Counted from the first letter of the stretch, positions 53,318-61,275 are shown. The stretch is 64,000 nt of DNA from an uncultured Gemmatimonadales bacterium (GCA_963748815.1 CAVVKJ010000005.1:32001-96000), one strand, 5' to 3'. A program made the numbers and translations. Notes: a model not told the origin generated them from the letters alone.

Positions 53318-54712
53318 TCAGTAAGTCTCGTGTTTGTGGGGACCCATCGCCCAGACGACCTGGAGTGTCAGGTTGTCGAGCGATCCGGTGGAGTCGAGAT
53401 AGTTGCGAAAGGCCTGGAGCCGAAGGTACACGAACTCGCTCTGCCACCAGGTGGCGACGGCGGTGGCGCGCCAGGTTGCGTCGTCGGGGCCCACGGGCGC
53501 CTCGACGTAGTCGTACCGGCCGCCCACCACCCAGCGCTTGCTGAGGCGCCAGCTGAGGTCGGAGTACATCCCGTACCGGGTGGTCGTCGGCTCGTCGCCG
53601 ACCCGCTGGAGCCGATACCCCTCGGTGCGCCAGGTGATGTCCTGGCGAGTGCCGGCGTTCGGAGGCCGGTAGGTGAAGCGCAGGTCGGCGCCGAGAAGGT
53701 TGCTGGTCAGGCCGGAATCGCTGTTCTGCGCGCCGACACCCGTGAAGCCGATTTCCATATACGTACTGCGCCCGAGTTGCCAGAAGTTCTGCAGCCGCCC
53801 GAGCAGGGCGGGCTGGAGGCTTCCGTCGTTCAGCGGCTCACTCTCGACGGCCGCGCCCTGCAGGAAGATCTCGGATGTTCCCTTGGCGACGGAGACCGGC
53901 AGCGTGGTGTACAGGCTGACGCCGGTGCCGGCCAGCCCGTCCTCGCCCAGGAACGCCTGGTAGACGAGGGGATAGTTGGTCTCCGGCAACGCGTGGGGGT
54001 GCCACCGGTTGAGTTCACCCACGGACATGCGGAACTTGCCGAGGTCCGCGCGGACCTTGCCTGGGAGCCCGGTCCAGTAGATGTACGCCTCCTCGACGCC
54101 GATTTCCTCCGCACCCCAGGTGAGGAAGATCTTCGTGGCGGAATACGGGTCGAGCGCCGCCTGCAGCGAGACCTCCACCTCCGCCAGCTGGAGGTCGAGC
54201 CCCTGCTGGCCGGTCTCGGCGGAGAACTGCACGTCACCAGTGGCGCTGATTTCGGGGTTCATCGACGACTGATTGCCTTGCCGACTCACGAACTGGGTCG
54301 GCGCGGCGGGCACGGAATCGGGGGTGACGGGGACGCCACCGGCCGCGGCGGCGCTGTCGGCTGCCGCGCGAATGGCGGCCAGCGGGTCCGCCGCCGCATC
54401 GGCCGCCGGCGGAGTCGCCGCGAGATCACACCGTGCGGCCACGGTGGCGTTGACGCGAGCGGTGAGCGACGCGACGGTGAGCGCCAGCGAGTCCACTGCG
54501 GCGTTGCCGGTCTTTTTCGGCGGGGCCGGTGGAGGCAGCGGGGCTGGGGGGCAGAATCCGGCGTCGAGTGAATCGAGCCGGGCCGTGAGCATTTGAACTG
54601 CCCGCTGCAGCGAGTCCACCGTGGCGGTGGGGACTCCCTGCGCTGCGGCGCGGGGCGCGATGCCCGCGGCAAAAGTGGCGATCACGACAGCCACGCGGAA
54701 TACCAACCGCAT
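53318..54712 (-). CDS. Outer-membrane porin-like protein associated with metal uptake
   Basis: Signal peptide, N-terminal coiled coil, NPEIS, E.E.SL..LDPY, EEAY, NRWHPH, C-terminal MGPHKHETY. Start ATG 54712 after GAGGAGG (54724 is an alternative). Confidence 0.75.
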   Translation of the reverse strand: MRLVFRVAVVIATFAAGIAPRAAAQGVPTATVDSLQRAVQMLTARLDSLDAGFCPPAPLPPPAPPKKTGNAAVDSLALTVASLTARVNATVAARCDLAATPPAADAAADPLAAIRAAADSAAAAGGVPVTPDSVPAAPTQFVSRQGNQSSMNPEISATGDVQFSAETGQQGLDLQLAEVEVSLQAALDPYSATKIFLTWGAEEIGVEEAYIYWTGLPGKVRADLGKFRMSVGELNRWHPHALPETNYPLVYQAFLGEDGLAGTGVSLYTTLPVSVAKGTSEIFLQGAAVESEPLNDGSLQPALLGRLQNFWQLGRSTYMEIGFTGVGAQNSDSGLTSNLLGADLRFTYRPPNAGTRQDITWRTEGYRLQRVGDEPTTTRYGMYSDLSWRLSKRWVVGGRYDYVEAPVGPDDATWRATAVATWWQSEFVYLRLQAFRNYLDSTGSLDNLTLQVVWAMGPHKHETY

Positions 54713-54715
54713 AGG

Positions 54716-54786
54716 CCTCCTCATTCCTGTTGGAAGGAGCCATTGTCCACGGCTCCTGATGTCAGTGGCAGGACGATCCGAGGAGG
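54716..54786 (-). promoter_or_regulatory. Anti-SD/SD hairpin able to sequester the porin ribosome-binding site
   Basis: mRNA CCUCCUC (54786-54780) is complementary to GAGGAGG (54722-54716). UCCUG/CAGGA and the inner stem AGGAGCC/GGCUCCU nest inside. Confidence 0.7.
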
Positions 54787-54787
54787 G

Positions 54788-55123
54788 TCAGGCGGGTGGG
54801 GCGCGGGAATGCTGGTGGGAACGTGGTGTTGCGTCGGCAGGCGCCATCGGGGCGGCGATCAGCGCCCGCAGCGATTCCGGTGGCGCCGTGCGGACGATCT
54901 CGATGCTGCCGAGCGCCTCGCGCTGCGCCACGACCGGCTGCGCCAGGGTGCAGCGGTCGGCGTGATGCTGGCCGCCGTGCGCCTCGACGTGCGTAACGCC
55001 GGCGCAGGGATCCTGCCCAGCCACGTGGAACATGGCGCCATCGGCCAGGGGCACACCCAAGGCGCCGAGCAGGAAGAGCCCGGAGAGGAGCGAGGCGCGG
55101 AGGCGGACGGTGAGGCGGATCAC
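54788..55123 (-). CDS. His-rich exported leader protein ending in the RAPP arrest motif (DUF2946/CruR/CutF-like architecture)
   Basis: Basic plus hydrophobic N-terminus, HVEAHGGQHHADRC, Pro/Ala-rich linker, C-terminal SRAPPA*. Start GTG 55123 is uncertain. Confidence 0.75.
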   Translation of the reverse strand: MIRLTVRLRASLLSGLFLLGALGVPLADGAMFHVAGQDPCAGVTHVEAHGGQHHADRCTLAQPVVAQREALGSIEIVRTAPPESLRALIAAPMAPADATPRSHQHSRAPPA

Positions 55124-55186
55124 AGGCTGGAATGTGCCGGGTCGGCGCGCGCGGGACAAGGCGCGCCGACCCGGCGTCGGTTCAGG

Positions 55187-55783
55187 TCAGTGCGCGTGGC
55201 CGCCGACCATCTTCGGCGCGTCTCCCGAGAAGCTGTACCCGTTCTTCGGGCACTTGAGGTCGGGATTGGTCGGGGAAAACACCCCCGCCGGGTTGTTCTT
55301 CCAGAGCCAGACGTGCAGGTCGTAGTGGTGCAGCCCCGACGGCATGATGGGGGGATGCCCTTCCATCGGTCCCTCGAGCTGCTTGCCGAAGACACTCGGC
55401 GGGTTGTCGCCCACGGCGGCGACGGGCGCGAACCACTCCGCGGCCACGAGTTTCAGGTGGTCCCCGTCAGGCTCGTAGATCAGCACCTGCGGCTTCAGCG
55501 GGTCCATCGTCGGGCCGATATTTCCCAGATTCAGGAAGTGCACCCCCATACCGCCCGCCACATAGCTCATCGTGCCCTCGCTGTGCCCCTTTGGAAAATC
55601 GATGCAGGCGACGGTGGAGAGGAAGCCGTCGGCCACCGCCACCATCGGGTCCTGGTACTTGTCGAGGGCGGCACGGGCGCTTGCGAGATCGGGTGCGAGC
55701 GTCGGTTGCCCCTTGGCGGGGGCCTGGGCGTTGGCGACAGACACCGAAGCAACGATCAGGGTGGCAATTGCAGCGAGTTTCAT
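55187..55783 (-). CDS. Secreted hypothetical protein with His/Met motifs
   Basis: Signal peptide; GMGVHFLN, PQVLIYEP, MEGH, HYDLHVWLWKNNPAGVF. Confidence 0.75.
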   Translation of the reverse strand: MKLAAIATLIVASVSVANAQAPAKGQPTLAPDLASARAALDKYQDPMVAVADGFLSTVACIDFPKGHSEGTMSYVAGGMGVHFLNLGNIGPTMDPLKPQVLIYEPDGDHLKLVAAEWFAPVAAVGDNPPSVFGKQLEGPMEGHPPIMPSGLHHYDLHVWLWKNNPAGVFSPTNPDLKCPKNGYSFSGDAPKMVGGHAH

Positions 55784-55895
55784 GGGAGCCTCAGATGGAG
55801 AGTGAGGAATTCTTCAGGCACATCACAGTACCCTCAGCTGTGCAGAAAGCAATACGCGGCGGCCGCGCCCGCCCCTTGCCCGATTCCTCCAGTTA

Positions 55896-55914
55896 TGTAT
55901 ATTCATTGTATACA
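55896..55914. promoter_or_regulatory. Probable MazE autoregulatory operator overlapping the -10 element
   Basis: Palindrome TGTATA-N7-TATACA; candidate promoter TTGCCC-16 nt-TATATT. Confidence 0.6.
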
Positions 55915-55933
55915 CCTCAACTGGACCACCGAA

Positions 55934-56173
55934 TTGCGAACGCATATATCAAAGTGGGGCAACAGTTTAGCCGTCAGACTGCCCAAGCCGTTCATGGATG
56001 AGCTGGGGCTCTGCTCAGGTGCCGAGGTTGACCTCACCCTGAGGGACGGCCGGCTCATCCTGGTGGCTGCGAGCCGGGAATACGCCCTGGAGGAACTGGT
56101 GGAAGGGATCACCCCGGAGAATCGACACCGGGAATCCGACTGGGGACGTCCCAGGGGCCGGGAGGTTTGGTAG
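55934..56173 (+). CDS. mazE: AbrB/MazE family antitoxin
   Basis: TTG start; RTHISKWGNSLAVRLPK..LEELVEGITPENRH..DWG.P.GREVW. Confidence 0.92.
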   Translation: MRTHISKWGNSLAVRLPKPFMDELGLCSGAEVDLTLRDGRLILVAASREYALEELVEGITPENRHRESDWGRPRGREVW

Positions 56174-56487
56174 CGCCGGATCGAGGCGACCTCGTGTGGG
56201 TGAACATCGAGCCGGCCGATGGGGGCGAAGCTTTCCGGCGTCCGGCGCTGGTGGTCTCACCCGCACTCTACAACGCGCGCTCCGGCCTCGCACTGATGTG
56301 CGCCATCGCGCGGCATCCGAAGGGATATCCCTTCGAGGTGGCGCTCCCGGCCGGCCTCGCCGTGGAGGGCGTCGTCCTGGCCGACCACCTGCGGAGCGCC
56401 GACTGGAAGGCCCGTGAGGCCGAGCTGGCCGGGCGGGTGCCCGCCGCCGTCGTCACCGACGTGCTTGCGAAGTTGAAGCCGCTGTAA
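56167..56487 (+). CDS. mazF: MazF/PemK family toxin with a degenerate active site
   Basis: PDRGDLVWV, RRPALVVSP..YN, KGYPFEV, GVVLAD..S.DW.AR; overlaps mazE. Confidence 0.88.
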   Translation: MVAPDRGDLVWVNIEPADGGEAFRRPALVVSPALYNARSGLALMCAIARHPKGYPFEVALPAGLAVEGVVLADHLRSADWKAREAELAGRVPAAVVTDVLAKLKPL

Positions 56488-56531
56488 CAGGTGCGAGGAC
56501 TGAGGACTGAGACGAGGCGGAGGCCCATTCT

Positions 56532-57080
56532 GTGGCAAGTGACAACTTGATCCAACTGACGAACGGCGCGTCGCGGGTCCGCGGGACGTTTCGCGTCAAC
56601 GGCGAGTCGCGTGAGGCGCTCTACAAGCCGCACACCACCCTGCTCGAGCTCCTGCGCGAGGAGCTGCAACTCACCGGCACCAAGCACGGGTGCGAGCTCG
56701 GCGAGTGCGGGGCCTGTACCGTCCTGGTCGACGGGGTGCCGGTGCTCTCCTGCCTGGTGCTGGCACAGGCGGTGGAAGGACAGGCGGTGTCCACGGTCGA
56801 GGGAATGGCCGACGGACCCACGCTGCATCCCCTGCAACAGGCGTTCATCGAACTGGGCGCGGCGCAGTGCGGTTATTGCACGCCGGGCGTCCTCCTCGCC
56901 GCGGAGGCGCTCCTCGTGGAAACCGCCGCCCCCACGCGGGACGACATCAAGCTGGCGCTGTCCGGCAACCTCTGCCGCTGTACCGGCTACATCAAGATCT
57001 ACGAAGCGATTGAGCTGGCCGCGGCGCGCATGCGGGGAGAAGCGGCCGAACCGCGGCGGGAGACGCTGCATGGCTACTAA
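56532..57080 (+). CDS. Xanthine-oxidase-family 2x[2Fe-2S] subunit (HcrC/CoxS-like)
   Basis: GTKHGCELGECGACTV, QCGYCTPG, GNLCRCTGY. Confidence 0.95.
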   Translation: MASDNLIQLTNGASRVRGTFRVNGESREALYKPHTTLLELLREELQLTGTKHGCELGECGACTVLVDGVPVLSCLVLAQAVEGQAVSTVEGMADGPTLHPLQQAFIELGAAQCGYCTPGVLLAAEALLVETAAPTRDDIKLALSGNLCRCTGYIKIYEAIELAAARMRGEAAEPRRETLHGY

Positions 57081-59514
57081 GGAGAAGACCGTGGACCCCG
57101 GCTTTCGCCGGGGTGACAGCCAGGATAGCGCAGCCTACGCGGTCATCGGAACCGCCAGGCCCAAGACCGACGCGCCGGGCAAGGTCGCGGGCCAGACCCT
57201 CTTCGCCGATGACATCGTGCTGCCGCGCATGCTCTGGTCCAAGCTGCTGCGGAGTCCGCACCCGCACGCGCGCATCGCGTCGATCGACACGTCGCGGGCG
57301 CTGGCGCTGCCGGGGGTAGAGGCGATCATCACCGGTGCCGACCTCCCCATCCCCTTCGGCATCCTCCCGGTCAGCCAGGACGAGCATGCGCTGTGCCCTG
57401 ACGTGGTGCGGTTCGTTGGCGATCCTGTGGCCGCGGTGGCGGCCATCGACGAGGAGACGGCGCTGGCCGCCTGCGGGCTGATCGAGGTGACCTACGAGCC
57501 GCTGCCGGTCGTCTCCTCCGTCGATGACGCGGCGGCCATGCCGTCGCCGCAGCTGCACGCATACGCCGACGAGGGCAACTGGCACAAGCTGGTGCACCTG
57601 CAGTTCGGTGAGCTGGAGGAAGGGTTCCGGCGCGCCGACCTGGTGCGGGAAGATCTCTTCTTGTACGAGGGCAACACCCATCTCCCGATGGAGCAGCACG
57701 CCAGTATCGCGCACGCCACCCCCGACGGGCGCGTGACGATCTGGTCCAGCACCCAGACGCCGCACTACCTCCATCGGGCGCTCTCCAAGGTGCTCGAGTT
57801 CGCGCCAGCCCGGATTCGCGTCATCGCCACACCCAATGGCGGCGGCTTCGGCGGCAAGAGCGATCCGTTCAACCACGAAATCGTGGTGGCCAAGCTGAGC
57901 CTCGTGACCGGCCGCCCCGTCAAGATCGGCTTGACCCGAGAGGAAGTGTTCTACTGCCACCGCGGCCGGCACCAGGCGCTGATGAAGATCCGGACCGGGG
58001 TGACACGGGACGGCGCCATCACCGCCATGGACTTCGAGTCGTACCTCGACGGTGGCGCCTACGGGTCGTACGGCGTGGCGTCGCTCTACTACACCGGCGC
58101 GCTGCAGACCGTCACCTACGACGTGCCCACCTACCGGTTCCGTGGCGCGCGGGCCTTTACCAACAAGCCGCCGGGCGGCCCGAAGCGCGGGCATGGCACC
58201 ACGCAGCCACGCTTCGCCGTCGAGGTGCATCTCGACAAGATTGCCGAAGAGCTGAAGGTGGACCCGGCGGAACTCCGGCTTCGGCACCTGGTCAAGCCGA
58301 ACGAGGTCACGGCGAACTGGCTGCAGCTCGGCACCGTCGGGCTGGCAGCCTGCATCGACCAGGTGGTGGATGGCTCGCGCTGGAAGGAGCGTTTCCGGAA
58401 GCTGCCCTACGGGCGCGGTCTTGGGCTCGCCTGCTCCTCCTACATCACCGGCGCGGGGTTACCTATCTACTGGAACGACATGCCGCACTCCGGCGCGCAG
58501 ATCAAGTGCGATCGCGGCGGCGGCGTCACGATCTTCTGCGGTTCCACCGACATCGGCCAGGGTTCCGAGTCGGTGCTCGCCTACGTGACCGCCGAAGTAC
58601 TGGGCATCGAGCCGGCCGACATCAAGGTGGTCACCGCCGACACCGACCTCACCCCGGTGGACCTCGGCAGCTACTCCTCGCGCGTCACGCTCATGACCGG
58701 TCAGGCGGCGATGCAGGCCGCCACCCGGGTGCGCGACCTGATCGCCTCGGCGGTGGCGACGAAGCTCGACGTGCCGACGGACCGCCTGGTCTTCGGCGGG
58801 GGGCGGGTGTTCGACGCGCAGGACCCCGACACCGGGATCACCTTTCGCGAGGCGATCGGCGTCGCGGAGGCAAGGCACGGCACCCTCGGCGCGGTGGGGA
58901 GCTACACGCCGCCACGCTCCCCCGGCCGGTACCGGGGCGCCGGCGTCGGGCCGTCCGCGGCGTACAGCTATTCCGCCGCCGTGGCGGAGGTGGAGGTGGA
59001 TCCTGACACCGGTGTCGTCCGGGTCCCGACCATCTGGATCGGCCACGACATCGGGCAGTGCATCAACCCGGCGCTGGTGATGGGCCAGGTCGAGGGGGGC
59101 GTCTATATGGGCCTCGGTGAGGCGCTGATGGAGGAGATGGCGTACCGCGAGAAACTGGGGCTGGTGCACAAGTGGCCCTCAATGCTCGAATACAAGAGCC
59201 CGACCACGATGGAAATGTGCGATGTCATCACCTACCTGATCGAGGACCCCGATCCCAACGGCCCCTTCGGCGCCAAGGAAGCGGGACAGGGGCCGCTCAA
59301 TCCGGTCATGCCGGCCATCGCGAACGCGATCTACGATGCGGTGGGAGTGCGGATCGACGAGGTGCCGATGAGCGCGCCGAAGGTGCTGAAGGCGATCCAG
59401 GCGAAGCTGAAAGGCAGGGATCCACGCTACGGACCGAGCGGCACGCCGACAGTGCAGTGGCCGGAGCGGACGTACGTCAGGACGCCGGCCCAGGGTGGGA
59501 ACGGGAGGGATTGA
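57070..59514 (+). CDS. Xanthine-oxidase-family molybdopterin subunit (HcrA-like)
   Basis: RSPHPHA, STQTPH, GGGFGGK, DIGQG, GSYSSRVT, GQVEGG, FGAKEAGQG. Start ATG 57070 or GTG 57091. Confidence 0.93.
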   Translation: MATKEKTVDPGFRRGDSQDSAAYAVIGTARPKTDAPGKVAGQTLFADDIVLPRMLWSKLLRSPHPHARIASIDTSRALALPGVEAIITGADLPIPFGILPVSQDEHALCPDVVRFVGDPVAAVAAIDEETALAACGLIEVTYEPLPVVSSVDDAAAMPSPQLHAYADEGNWHKLVHLQFGELEEGFRRADLVREDLFLYEGNTHLPMEQHASIAHATPDGRVTIWSSTQTPHYLHRALSKVLEFAPARIRVIATPNGGGFGGKSDPFNHEIVVAKLSLVTGRPVKIGLTREEVFYCHRGRHQALMKIRTGVTRDGAITAMDFESYLDGGAYGSYGVASLYYTGALQTVTYDVPTYRFRGARAFTNKPPGGPKRGHGTTQPRFAVEVHLDKIAEELKVDPAELRLRHLVKPNEVTANWLQLGTVGLAACIDQVVDGSRWKERFRKLPYGRGLGLACSSYITGAGLPIYWNDMPHSGAQIKCDRGGGVTIFCGSTDIGQGSESVLAYVTAEVLGIEPADIKVVTADTDLTPVDLGSYSSRVTLMTGQAAMQAATRVRDLIASAVATKLDVPTDRLVFGGGRVFDAQDPDTGITFREAIGVAEARHGTLGAVGSYTPPRSPGRYRGAGVGPSAAYSYSAAVAEVEVDPDTGVVRVPTIWIGHDIGQCINPALVMGQVEGGVYMGLGEALMEEMAYREKLGLVHKWPSMLEYKSPTTMEMCDVITYLIEDPDPNGPFGAKEAGQGPLNPVMPAIANAIYDAVGVRIDEVPMSAPKVLKAIQAKLKGRDPRYGPSGTPTVQWPERTYVRTPAQGGNGRD
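57089..57117 (-). repeat. 29-bp REP-like palindrome, copy 3, inside a coding sequence
   Basis: CCGTGGACCCCGGCTTTCGCCGGGGTGAC; one mismatch to copy 2. Confidence 0.9.
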
Positions 59515-59518
59515 GGTG

Positions 59519-59800
59519 TTGGGCCGTTCACCCCTCGACCGGACTGCTCCTTCGGCACTGGAGGTCCACCTGCAGGTGGGCTCCCGGAAAGGCGAGGGAC
59601 CTCACGTGCCTCCGGAACAGCCCGGTCTTCGAGGGTCAAGTAACGTGAGCAATAGAGGCTGCGGGGAGGCCGGCAAGGGGAATGGTCCGGAGGGCAGTCA
59701 GTTCGCGGCCCGCGGGGCGCGACGCACACGCCCCGTACGCGAACTGTCCTGCCCGGAGGACTATCCCGAGCCGGCCAACCAGTCCACTGATCTGGCCCGA
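59519..59800. other. Highly structured intergenic element with two long hairpins and a closing stem (candidate ncRNA or non-autonomous mobile element)
   Basis: Hand-paired stems at 59532-59635 and 59668-59776; closing stem TTGGGCCG/TGGCCCGA. Confidence 0.6.
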
Positions 59801-59819
59801 GGGCCGAGGACCTGACTTC

Positions 59820-60809
59820 ATGCTGAGACTGCCACCACACGAGACTTCGTTTCCGACCTCGATTCGAGAAGCCGTGGCGCAGCGAGTGCGCGCCGGTGCC
59901 GCGGGTGCCTACGTGGCCGGGGGGACCGATCTCTATCCCAACATGAAGCGTCGGCAGCAGGAGCCGACGCGCGTCATCGACGTACGGCGGATTCCAGAAT
60001 TGAACCGGCTCGATGTGGCGGCCGATGGCTCGCTGATGATCGGGGCCGGGGTGACGCTGACGCGATTCATGCGGGACGCACGGGTCCGCGCGGGGTGGCC
60101 GGCGCTGGCGCACGCCGCGAGCGAGATCTCCACACCCCTCCTCCAGAACATGGGCACGGTCGGTGGCAACCTCCTCCTCGACACCCGGTGCAACTACTAC
60201 GATCAAGGCTACGAGTGGCGGAAGGCGATCGACTTCTGCATGAAGAAGGACGGCGACACCTGCTGGGTGGCGCCGTCGAGTCCGCGCTGCTGGGCGGTGC
60301 AGTCGAGCGACCTGGCGCCGGTGATGGTGGCGCTGGACGCGCGGGTCGTGCTGGCCGGCCCCGACGGGGAGCGGACGATTCCCGCGGCCGCGCTCTATCA
60401 CGACGACGGGATCGCGTTCCTGACCAAGCGGGCGGACGAACTGCTGGTGCGGGTCGAGGTGGCCCCGCTCACGGGCGCGCGCGCCAGCTACCGCAAGCTG
60501 CGCCGGCGTGGCGCCTTCGACTTCCCGGTGCTGGGGGTGGCGGCGTGGGCGTCGTTCGATGGGACGGGGCAGGTGACGGGGGCGCGGATCGTCCTCGGTG
60601 CGGTCGGGTCGTACCCGAAGCCGGTACCGGAGGCGGCGACACTCCTCGTCGGGGGCCCCCTGACCGACGAGCAGCTCGACGAGGCAGTGCGGCTGGCTGG
60701 CAAACTCGCCAAGCCGCTCGACAACACCGACTTCACCATCGGATGGCGAAAAGAAATGGCCTCGGTGTTCGTGCGCCGGGCGCTCGAAGCGCTGCGCCCG
60801 GACCGCTGA
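59820..60809 (+). CDS. FAD subunit with extra [4Fe-4S] cluster (HcrB-like)
   Basis: AGGTDL, NMGTVGGNL, C-x15-C-x7-C-x8-C insertion, KLRRRGAFDFP. Confidence 0.92.
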   Translation: MLRLPPHETSFPTSIREAVAQRVRAGAAGAYVAGGTDLYPNMKRRQQEPTRVIDVRRIPELNRLDVAADGSLMIGAGVTLTRFMRDARVRAGWPALAHAASEISTPLLQNMGTVGGNLLLDTRCNYYDQGYEWRKAIDFCMKKDGDTCWVAPSSPRCWAVQSSDLAPVMVALDARVVLAGPDGERTIPAAALYHDDGIAFLTKRADELLVRVEVAPLTGARASYRKLRRRGAFDFPVLGVAAWASFDGTGQVTGARIVLGAVGSYPKPVPEAATLLVGGPLTDEQLDEAVRLAGKLAKPLDNTDFTIGWRKEMASVFVRRALEALRPDR

Positions 60810-60810
60810 C

Positions 60811-61275
60811 CTAGGTGCTGCTCTCGAGCGTCACGGTGATGGTATAGGTCCCGCCGTCGAAGGTGCCGGTCAGTTGCGTGCCCTTCGCGTGCAGGATCGT
60901 GTCGCGCAGGAAGGTGTCCGCCGCGTGGGAAAGCGTCGCGATGCCGGTCGTCGCATCGTAACTGTAGGTGCCGAGGAGGGAGAGGATCTCCTCCTCGCCG
61001 GACTCGGAGTAGGCTGCCGGAATGGTCATGCTTCCGGTCGTCGCGCCAGCCGGAGTCAGCACGAGCGTAATGACGGCGCCCTCCGCGAGCAGGTCGGTCG
61101 TGCCTGCGGGCTCGGTCAGGGTCAGCGCCGATGCGAAATACGAGCCGTCGATCGTGGCCGGATAGGAGGCGCCGCCGCTGATCCCGGTGGTGTTGGAACC
61201 GCCGTCCCCGCAGGCCACCTGCGCGAGGAGCAGCGCCAGGGCGCCGATTGACCGGGTCAGGATGGGTAGTCGCAT
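60811..61275 (-). CDS. Hypothetical lipoprotein
   Basis: Lipobox QVAC followed by a beta-rich domain; ADTFLRD. Confidence 0.7.
   Translation of the reverse strand: MRLPILTRSIGALALLLAQVACGDGGSNTTGISGGASYPATIDGSYFASALTLTEPAGTTDLLAEGAVITLVLTPAGATTGSMTIPAAYSESGEEEILSLLGTYSYDATTGIATLSHAADTFLRDTILHAKGTQLTGTFDGGTYTITVTLESST

Noticed and set aside
54760..54775. GCCACTG on the minus strand as a cobalamin riboswitch
   Set aside because: Other B12-element parts are absent, and the spacer is under 80 nt.
54593..55933. 526-aa ORF apparently fusing a long N-terminus to MazE
   Set aside because: The upstream part overlaps real minus-strand genes; MazE starts at about 55934.
59512..59643. TGA plus hairpin as selenocysteine readthrough
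   Set aside because: The Mo subunit is already complete, and readthrough gives a short non-protein-like tail.
59668..59800. HDV-like or hammerhead ribozyme, or Moco riboswitch
   Set aside because: GGCCGGC..ATGGTCC resembles the HDV 5' end, but the P3/P1.1/P4 elements are missing. There is no CUGANGA core and no convincing Moco motif.
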